The notes under the pieces were generated by a model. That model ran no database searches. It saw only the letters and a list, made by a program, of their open reading frames with translations, and was not told the DNA's origin. DNA of 64,000 bases from Bacteroidota bacterium (GTDB lineage Bacteria > Bacteroidota > Bacteroidia > Bacteroidales > UBA12481): assembly GCA_018669475.1 (NCBI GenBank), contig JABHCC010000189.1, positions 18,383 to 82,382 of the forward strand, read 5' to 3'. The position numbers and the translations under genes were made by a program. How positions within the stretch are numbered: position 1 is the first letter of the stretch; every line of letters starts with the position of its first letter. Shown here in pieces: positions 10,685-18,585 of the stretch.

Positions 10685-11776
10685 ATGAGAGTTTCAACCA
10701 TCTTTTTAGTACTACTGTTTTCCGGCCATGTGTTGGCCGATGAACCTGATACAACTTCGAATGCAATAGTTTTATCTGAATATATTTTCGATGCAAAAGA
10801 TGTTAGCTTCCCGAGTTGTCACGCCTCTACCATCGTAGAGACTAAAGAGGGTCTTTTGGTTGCCTGGTTTGCAGGAACTAAAGAGAAAGATCCGGATGTT
10901 GGTATCTGGCTCAGCCAATACTTACACGGAGAATGGTCCGTGCCTGTTGAAGTGGCTAACGGAGTACGAGGCAAAGCAAAGCAATTCCCAACCTGGAATC
11001 CGGTTCTTTTTAATACAGGTAAGGAGATAAAACTATTTTACAAAGTTGGTCCCTCTCCAAGAGAGTGGTGGGGTGAAGTGAAAACTTCTGTAGATAATGG
11101 GCTTACATGGTCACTTCCTCTCAGGCTTCCCAAAAATATTTTTGGCCCGATAAAAAATAAACCCCTTAAACTTGCTGATGGTAAATTGTTATGTCCTTCC
11201 AGTACGGAAAATGAGGGCTGGAGAGTTCACATGGAATTCTATACAGATATGGATAAAACATGGGAACGCACAGATGCATTGAATGACGGCAATAATATAT
11301 CGCTTATTCAGCCCGCAATTCTGACACATTCTGACAACGCGATCCAGATTTTATGCAGAAGCATGAATGGCGCAATTTTTTCTTCATGGTCAAACGACAA
11401 TGGATACACCTGGAGTGAATTTGAAACTATCGGATTACCGAATCCTAATTCCGGTTTCGATGCGGTGACATTAAAGGATGGAAGGCATATTTTGGTTTAC
11501 AATCATATTGCATGTAAAACCGGTGAGAAATGGGGTGACAGGAATATACTGAATATTGCCATTTCAGATGATGGCAAACTTTGGAAAGCGGCTGAACTGC
11601 TTGAAAATGATAAGGATGAAGATGCTGAGTATTCTTATCCTGCAGTTATTCAGACGAATGATGGTAATGTTCATATTACCTATACCTGGAACAGGACATT
11701 AATAAAACATGTTGTGCTTGATCCGCTAAAAATTAATACCAAAGATATAATTAATGGAATCTGGCCTTTGGAATAG
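10685..11776 (+). CDS. Secreted BNR_2 sialidase-like beta-propeller hydrolase lacking the RIP motif
   Basis: Signal peptide from the ATG at 10685. CHASTI, WNPVLF, Asp-boxes SVDNGLTW, SNDNGYTW and SDDGKLW, and terminal EYSYPAVIQ. Confidence 0.85.
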   Translation: MRVSTIFLVLLFSGHVLADEPDTTSNAIVLSEYIFDAKDVSFPSCHASTIVETKEGLLVAWFAGTKEKDPDVGIWLSQYLHGEWSVPVEVANGVRGKAKQFPTWNPVLFNTGKEIKLFYKVGPSPREWWGEVKTSVDNGLTWSLPLRLPKNIFGPIKNKPLKLADGKLLCPSSTENEGWRVHMEFYTDMDKTWERTDALNDGNNISLIQPAILTHSDNAIQILCRSMNGAIFSSWSNDNGYTWSEFETIGLPNPNSGFDAVTLKDGRHILVYNHIACKTGEKWGDRNILNIAISDDGKLWKAAELLENDKDEDAEYSYPAVIQTNDGNVHITYTWNRTLIKHVVLDPLKINTKDIINGIWPLE

Positions 11777-11815
11777 AAGGTTTGAATCATAGAATAAGTC
11801 AAAACTACAAGAGCA

Positions 11816-13105
11816 ATGTCAAAAACAATCAGCTACTTATTTGTGGCCGTTGTGCTGGGTTTGGGATGGGCGATGCGAGGACATTTTGGCCATGAGTGGG
11901 GTGCCTCATGGGCCGGGGCAATGGGAGCTTTGGCTGTCGTGCTTGTAGCTAAAAGAAAAGACTGGGTTCGCAGAGCACCTGCATTGGCAGCTCTGGGAGC
12001 TCTTGGATGGGGTGTTGGAGGGATGATGAGTTATGGTATTGTAATTGGGTATTGCAGATCTGTTTCTTTTGTAAATTCACTCTATGGCTATGCTATGCTG
12101 GTCGTAATTGGAGGCTTGTATGGTTTTATTGGTGGGGGGCTGTTTGGTCTGGGGCTTGAATCAAGTGAAAAGAATAAACCTAACTGGCCAAACCTTATTG
12201 TTCAGATGTTTGCCGGGGGATTTCTGGTATGGGGACTTCTGATCTATCAGATGGAGTGGTTTATGACTCCTCCCCGTTCTGAACTTTGGGCAGGATGTAT
12301 GGGCGCTGCACTAGCACTGGCATGGTTTCTGAATCGAAATAGTTTCAAAAGAGCACTTCGGGTGGCCTTATTTTCAGCTTTAGGTGCCGGGTTTGGATTT
12401 GCATTTGGAAATTTTATTCAATTACTGGGAAACACTGCTGAAATTCAATACAATTGGTGGAACGTAATGGAATTCACTCTTGGCTTTTTTGGAGGTTTAG
12501 GAATGATTTATGCAGTTCTTACACGTGATTGGCCGGAGTCAGTAAAACCATCAAAAACCGGAAACTGGATTGCACTGATCTTTGTATTTCTATTTGTACC
12601 TGTCACCAATTATTTCAATGGATTCACCATGGATCATTTTATTGAACTTGCCGGGAAACTTGATATTGCCGAAGTAGATACCTATGCCAATAAGCAATTC
12701 ATTTTTGCGGGAATTGCAGTACTTGTTTTCGGTGTATTAGCTCTTATAGCCTGGAGGAAGTGCTTAGCCAATGATGAAAAATTACGCAATTATGGTATTT
12801 TGGTTCTGCTATTAATTACAGCTATCCACTACAATTTATTCTGCTACATTAAACTTGGCACTTTTGTTAGTCCGTTCACCTTTGTCCACTCTCACTCTTT
12901 ATACATTTTTATAATAATTCTGATTCTATTCACCTGGTTTTTCAGTCTAAGGGGGATACAAGAGTTTCCCGGCAAAATGGCCAAAGATGAAACCGGGATG
13001 CGATGGGCAATAATTTTGATTAGTCTTGTGATAATCATTATCTTAATCACATTTATCTCAGTTAATATCCATTATGAAATACCAGGCGCACACAACAGAT
13101 TCTAA
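11816..13105 (+). CDS. Polytopic membrane protein of unknown function
   Basis: 429 aa with about 12-13 hydrophobic segments; Gly-rich GLGWAMRGHFGHEWGASWAG, GGMMSYG and NWWNVME. Confidence 0.8.
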   Translation: MSKTISYLFVAVVLGLGWAMRGHFGHEWGASWAGAMGALAVVLVAKRKDWVRRAPALAALGALGWGVGGMMSYGIVIGYCRSVSFVNSLYGYAMLVVIGGLYGFIGGGLFGLGLESSEKNKPNWPNLIVQMFAGGFLVWGLLIYQMEWFMTPPRSELWAGCMGAALALAWFLNRNSFKRALRVALFSALGAGFGFAFGNFIQLLGNTAEIQYNWWNVMEFTLGFFGGLGMIYAVLTRDWPESVKPSKTGNWIALIFVFLFVPVTNYFNGFTMDHFIELAGKLDIAEVDTYANKQFIFAGIAVLVFGVLALIAWRKCLANDEKLRNYGILVLLLITAIHYNLFCYIKLGTFVSPFTFVHSHSLYIFIIILILFTWFFSLRGIQEFPGKMAKDETGMRWAIILISLVIIIILITFISVNIHYEIPGAHNRF

Positions 13106-13118
13106 GTTCATTCCTCAT

Positions 13119-15557
13119 ATGAAAGTTTTCATCCTGATTCTTATTCTTGGATTCGGTTTATGTCAGAACACATTAGAAGCGCAAATATCATCTGACAATT
13201 CTCAGTCAGTGAGATTTACATCTCAGTACATTTTCCCCTTACAAGATTTGCATGTTCATAGTAGTTCCATAATTGAATTACCGAAGGGTGATCTGTTGTG
13301 CTGCTGGTTCGAGGGATCTGGAGAACGTACTGCTAATGATGTAGTAATTATGGGAGCGCGTTATAGCATGAGAGATCTTGAATGGGGTAAACCATTCCTA
13401 ATGGCAGATACTCCCGGTCATCCTGATTGTAACCCAACTTTGTTTATTGATGAGGATAATCGTTTACACCTTTTCTGGATTGTTGTACAAGCTAATCGAT
13501 GGGAAACTTCAGTATTGAAATCAAGAGTTTCATCCTCTTATCAAAATTCTGGTTCCCCTGAATGGGAATGGCAGGATGTAATTTTGTTAAAGCCCGGTGA
13601 AGAATTTGCAGAGACGATCATAGATCAATTTATGGAATCCGATAAGCTGGGTCTTGCCTGGGGAGAATATGCACCGCGTTATGAATCGATGATCTATGAA
13701 GCAGCTAAAGATCCCAAAAAGAGAGAAACGGGATGGATGACAAGAACTCATCCCATTCAGATCCCAAACGGAAGAATACTATTACCTCTGTACTCTGATG
13801 GGTTTAATCTCTCATTAATAGCAATTTCAGATGATATGGGAGAAACCTGGCGGCCAGGATTGCCTATTGTAGGTCGGGGTAATGTCCAGCCCAGTATTGT
13901 TAGAAAAACAGATGGTACTCTCCTTGCCTATATGCGGGATAATGGTGATGAGCCTGGCAGGATTATGAAAAGCATTTCAATGAATGATGGATACGAATGG
14001 ACCAGGGCAACAGATACAGACTTAGCTAATCCGGGAACGAGCGTTGAAGCTTTAGTCCTTGAAAATGGGAATTGGATAATAGTTTATAATGATATTGAAA
14101 ATGGACGGTATAGTTTAGCGATTAGCCTTTCTGATGATGAAGGAGAAACATGGAAGTGGACCCGGCATCTGGAGCAAAAAGCAGAGGGTGAGGGCTCATT
14201 TTCTTATCCATCTGTTATTCAGACCAGGGATGGATTAATTCACATTTCTTACTCATTTCATTTGCCAGAGCATAAGACTATCAAGCATGTAGCCTTTTCT
14301 GCAGAATGGACAAAAGAGCAAGCTTCCACTATCAAAGCTAATGTTGCGGTAAGAAAGCTTACTCCACCTCTGGAGATGGACTATACTCTGGGAGGATATG
14401 GTGCACGCATGAACAAACCGGCAATGGGAATACATGATGATATCTGGGCAAAGGCTCTGGTATTAGATGATGGTGACAAAAAGTATGCGATTGTCACACT
14501 TGACATCCTGGGATTACCACCAAATGTCAAACCGCAGGTAATTGAGCAACTTAATCAGGAGGGATGGACCGAGGAAAACATTATGTTCCTGCCCAGTCAT
14601 TCTCATGCCTCTCTTGAGATGTTTGCCTTGAATGATAAGAATATCTTCGGGATAGCCCCAATTGGGATCTTTCAACCACAGCTACTCGATTATCTGGTAA
14701 ATTCTTTAGCTGATTTAATCAAATCGGCAGATCAGAACTTAAAGCCTGTTAGGATTGGCAGTCTTAGCAAACAAATTGATGGATTAAACCGCAACCGAAG
14801 AGGAGAATCCTTTATCGATAATTTCTTAACTGTGACACGGATTGACCATATCAATGGAAAACCAATGACGGTTCTGGTTAACTGGACAGGACATCCCACA
14901 ATTATGGACGAACATGATATGCATGTATCTGGTGGTTGGCCTGGATATTTGCAACGTGAATTAGAAAGCCATATTGCTGAGGGTGTTGTTGCGATGTACT
15001 ATAACGGACCTGTAGGAGACCAATCAGTGATTGCTGGAAATGCAGGAAGCCACTATGAAAAAGCAGAAAAATATGGCCGTACTATGGCTGTCAATGCCTT
15101 GAATGTATACAAGGATATCAAAACTGAAGAAAAGATCAAATTCAATTACAATTATAAAATCATTCAATTGCCCAATAGAGAGGCTCATCCAGATTTCATG
15201 GAAACAGGAGGTAAAGAATATGGACTTGATAAAGAAAAAATAATGATACTCCTTGATCAGGTTTTCCCGGAACAGACCTCAATTGGAGCCTGCAGATTGG
15301 GTGACCTTCTGATCGTCGGTGCACCAGGTGAATTGATTGCTGAATTGGGCTTGAATATTAAAGATAAACTCAAAGCAAGAGGCGTTAAATATCCGGCAAT
15401 CGGGGGCCTGGCCAATCAATGGATTAGTTACATTCTAAGCGAAAACGCATATAACAGGGGTGGATATGAAACTAGTGCTAGTTTCTACGGCAAAGATTTG
15501 GGGAAAGTAATAGTTAAAAGCATGATGGAAACAGCATTGCCATTAATTGAAGAGTAA
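13119..15557 (+). CDS. Fusion of a BNR_2 sialidase-like propeller and a neutral/alkaline ceramidase-like amidohydrolase
   Basis: N-half: HSSSI, DCNPTLF, SDDMGETW, SDDEGETW, SYPSVIQ. C-half: LGGYGAR, GIHDDIWAKALVL, SHSH, GHPT, PGE, GYE. Signal peptide from the ATG at 13119. Confidence 0.85.
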   Translation: MKVFILILILGFGLCQNTLEAQISSDNSQSVRFTSQYIFPLQDLHVHSSSIIELPKGDLLCCWFEGSGERTANDVVIMGARYSMRDLEWGKPFLMADTPGHPDCNPTLFIDEDNRLHLFWIVVQANRWETSVLKSRVSSSYQNSGSPEWEWQDVILLKPGEEFAETIIDQFMESDKLGLAWGEYAPRYESMIYEAAKDPKKRETGWMTRTHPIQIPNGRILLPLYSDGFNLSLIAISDDMGETWRPGLPIVGRGNVQPSIVRKTDGTLLAYMRDNGDEPGRIMKSISMNDGYEWTRATDTDLANPGTSVEALVLENGNWIIVYNDIENGRYSLAISLSDDEGETWKWTRHLEQKAEGEGSFSYPSVIQTRDGLIHISYSFHLPEHKTIKHVAFSAEWTKEQASTIKANVAVRKLTPPLEMDYTLGGYGARMNKPAMGIHDDIWAKALVLDDGDKKYAIVTLDILGLPPNVKPQVIEQLNQEGWTEENIMFLPSHSHASLEMFALNDKNIFGIAPIGIFQPQLLDYLVNSLADLIKSADQNLKPVRIGSLSKQIDGLNRNRRGESFIDNFLTVTRIDHINGKPMTVLVNWTGHPTIMDEHDMHVSGGWPGYLQRELESHIAEGVVAMYYNGPVGDQSVIAGNAGSHYEKAEKYGRTMAVNALNVYKDIKTEEKIKFNYNYKIIQLPNREAHPDFMETGGKEYGLDKEKIMILLDQVFPEQTSIGACRLGDLLIVGAPGELIAELGLNIKDKLKARGVKYPAIGGLANQWISYILSENAYNRGGYETSASFYGKDLGKVIVKSMMETALPLIEE

Positions 15558-18237
15558 TGTCAACAGAAATATAATTGTGAAAATCAAATCCATACTTATA
15601 AGTATTGCAATCTCTTTTCTTCTGTCCCATGCTTATGAGGCCATTGGAGAAGAATTAAATCTGATGCAGTCAGATGAAAATTTCGCTACATATAATGCCG
15701 AGGATTTAAATGACGGAGAGTTTTTGCACGATTTTTTACTACTTGGACCTTTCCCCAATCCCCTGTCTGATGGAATAAGCGAATATTTTCATACGGATGA
15801 AGAATGTTTAGGATTTGATAAGGACTATTTAATCTCCGTGGGTGGTGAAAGTGGAGTGAAGCCCGGAGTGAGGCAGAGTGTGTCATTTGAAGATGGGGAA
15901 CCAATAACATGGCAGGCCCACCATTCCGATTTTGATAGAGTTGATTTGAAGAAAATATTTACACCTAATGAAGGTGTGATTTGCTATGCTGCTATCTGGA
16001 TTGAAAGCCAGAAAAATCAGGAAAAACTCTTTGGGATTGGTTCAAATGATGGGCTTAAAGTATGGCATAATGGTAAATTTCTTTTAAAAGTACATAAGCC
16101 CAGAACGGTTAATGTTGATGATGAATACCTGAACCTCAAGCTAAAAAAAGGAAGGAATCTTTTACTTATTAAAATCGAACAGGGTTTAGGAGGCTGGGGA
16201 TTCATTCTGAGGCCGGTTGATGTGGAAACTGCCTGGAAGCAAGTTAATGAAAACCTTGATATTGCTTTAAACAGTGAATTTATTGTTGAGGATGGATTTA
16301 TAAAAGGGACAATTGGAGATAGGAATATCGTTGGTATGCTCAGAGGGCTTCCCATGGCAGAAATCGAATTCCGGTCAATAAACTCAGACCACTACAAGAA
16401 AATTGAAGCGCCATTAGGCACTTCACTGAAACTCCCAATTAAGGAATTTCCGGGAGGTGAATATGCCATTACAATTTCATTCTCAACGCAGGATGGGGTC
16501 AAACAGTCTTACGCATATATGAACACCTCAGGAGATGTTGTTGAACAAACAAAAGAGCTAATATACAAGGCGATACCATCAATGCCATCCTCATTAATGG
16601 CTGATTATTACACTAATTTTATCGAAACTACCCACTGGTTGGATAAAACGAATAAACTATGGCAACACCCATATGGATATAGAAGATATCTTGATGGTTT
16701 AAAACATGTGCATACCGAGGCATTAAAGTTAAGTATATCCGCTAATCCATTTAGTGGTATTTTCCCTGCTCCAGGCCTAATTAATACTATTGGTGGAGAA
16801 ACAAAGATTACTTCTGATTGGATGATTTTTGATGCAGCTAAATCTGACGATTTTATCAAAGCTGAAATAGAGAGAGTATGGAAGCAGAAGTTTAATAGAG
16901 TACCCCGATACACTGATGATCCTGATGGCAAAAATACAATTCGCTTGCTTATAGCGACTACAGAAAGCTCAAACACCAATGCAGGAAGCTATATCCTGCA
17001 AATTGAAAGCAACAGAATAACAATCACCTCAGGCTTAAGGCAAGGTCTGTATTATGGTGTAAATTCACTAATACAGGCCTTAGAGCAAAATGACGTAATT
17101 CCACTGGGAGAAATTATTGACCAACCCGCTTTTACAGTCCGCAGTACCCTGCAAACAACAACGAAATTAACACCTGAATTCATTCAATATATTGAACAGA
17201 TTGCCAGAATGAAATATAATGTAGTATATATCTCTTCAGGCAACTATTTAGATCTGGATGATAAGCAAAAGCTCAAAGATATCATAGACGTATTCGACTT
17301 TTGTAAATCGAGATTTACCGAGCCCGTACCTTATTTTGAAACTTTCGGGGCAGGAACAATTACAAGAGTAATGGATCCCTGCTTAGATGAGGGAATTTTT
17401 CATGAAAAGGAATTATGGCTGGTGCCTGACAATGGCATAATTGAATTAGATGTGCCACGTATTCAGGATTGCCCCAATACTACTATTCATATTTTCACTG
17501 CAAATGGAAGAGAGATAAAAAAAGATTCAGAATATAAAATACTGTCAACAGAGAAACCAAAACTTCAAATTCTGAATAATGACTTATTTAACTCTGAATT
17601 GCTATTAAGTTATGATGCGGTTGACTTCTCACTTTATCCACATCCTGCAAGTTGTCCTTCAGATCCTGCCGGATGGAAGATTCAAGAAACTGTGATTTCA
17701 AATGTCATCACAAAATTGCACCCAAACAGTATTCATATAAGCCAGGATGAAGCAGGGCTTATTAACCAATGCAGCCGGTGCCTTGCCCGAAACCTGAGTA
17801 ACAAGCAAATAATGATCGACCAGATAAACAGGGTCCACAATATTATCAGAAAATATGACCCGAATATTGATATTTGTATTTGGGGTGATCTCTTCAACGA
17901 CTTTCAAAATGCCCCTATGCTTGGTGTCGAAGGCGCTGTTGAAGGATTACCTAAAGATATAATCATTCATGACTGGAATTATGTAGCAGTTTACCACAGT
18001 GATAAGATGCAAACCATTAATCAAATGAATTTTTACTTTAACCGTGGCTATAGGGTGGGTGGTGTTGCCTGGTTTGAACCAGCTAATATTCTGGATATAC
18101 TTCTAGCCGGAGAGAATAAGGGGAATCAGTTTATTGGTATTATGCACACTGCCTGGGCAGGCTTTGATCAAAGTTTATATACTACTGCTGAAGCAAACTG
18201 GACTGGAACAACGATTTTAGGTAAATTAAGATTTTAA
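15547..18237 (+). CDS. Multidomain GH20-like hexosaminidase (PA14-like N-terminus, GH20 domain 2, TIM barrel)
   Basis: GSNDGLKVWHNG...NLLLIKI (PA14-like); SYILQI...GLYYGVNSLIQ...DQP (GH20b); HISQDE, WGD, IHDWNY, MHTAW. Start codon uncertain. Confidence 0.7.
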   Translation: MKSNVNRNIIVKIKSILISIAISFLLSHAYEAIGEELNLMQSDENFATYNAEDLNDGEFLHDFLLLGPFPNPLSDGISEYFHTDEECLGFDKDYLISVGGESGVKPGVRQSVSFEDGEPITWQAHHSDFDRVDLKKIFTPNEGVICYAAIWIESQKNQEKLFGIGSNDGLKVWHNGKFLLKVHKPRTVNVDDEYLNLKLKKGRNLLLIKIEQGLGGWGFILRPVDVETAWKQVNENLDIALNSEFIVEDGFIKGTIGDRNIVGMLRGLPMAEIEFRSINSDHYKKIEAPLGTSLKLPIKEFPGGEYAITISFSTQDGVKQSYAYMNTSGDVVEQTKELIYKAIPSMPSSLMADYYTNFIETTHWLDKTNKLWQHPYGYRRYLDGLKHVHTEALKLSISANPFSGIFPAPGLINTIGGETKITSDWMIFDAAKSDDFIKAEIERVWKQKFNRVPRYTDDPDGKNTIRLLIATTESSNTNAGSYILQIESNRITITSGLRQGLYYGVNSLIQALEQNDVIPLGEIIDQPAFTVRSTLQTTTKLTPEFIQYIEQIARMKYNVVYISSGNYLDLDDKQKLKDIIDVFDFCKSRFTEPVPYFETFGAGTITRVMDPCLDEGIFHEKELWLVPDNGIIELDVPRIQDCPNTTIHIFTANGREIKKDSEYKILSTEKPKLQILNNDLFNSELLLSYDAVDFSLYPHPASCPSDPAGWKIQETVISNVITKLHPNSIHISQDEAGLINQCSRCLARNLSNKQIMIDQINRVHNIIRKYDPNIDICIWGDLFNDFQNAPMLGVEGAVEGLPKDIIIHDWNYVAVYHSDKMQTINQMNFYFNRGYRVGGVAWFEPANILDILLAGENKGNQFIGIMHTAWAGFDQSLYTTAEANWTGTTILGKLRF

Positions 18238-18240
18238 ACA

Positions 18241-18566
18241 ATGAATAACACTGAGAAGGCAATGCATAGTTTAAAGCTTTTTGCTCTTATACTGATACTT
18301 TTTATTTCAAGTGGCCGGCTTGTGGCACAATCAGAGCCTGTAATCCAAACCTCGACAATCATAAATACAAAGAATGGGAGCAAATTGACCTGCCGGATCA
18401 TAAGGCAAGCCGCGACAATGATGAAACCGATGAAGGAGAGTATTATCTATACCATTATATTGTTGTTGAGATTGATGGAAAGAATCTTAAATACAAGGCT
18501 GTAAAAATGAATGGCGATGGAAGCCATGGTGGGGTCTTCGATTCAATTGAATTAAAACACAAATAG
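18241..18566 (+). pseudogene. Remnant of a secreted metallophosphoesterase-like gene: signal peptide joined out of frame to a C-terminal fragment
   Basis: The 18241 frame gives a signal peptide ([22 protein letters not shown]) and then non-protein-like sequence. A shifted frame from about 18342 reads [19 protein letters not shown]...[40 protein letters not shown] (TAG 18564-18566). Confidence 0.6.
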
Positions 18567-18585
18567 TATTAAACTAAGCATAGAT

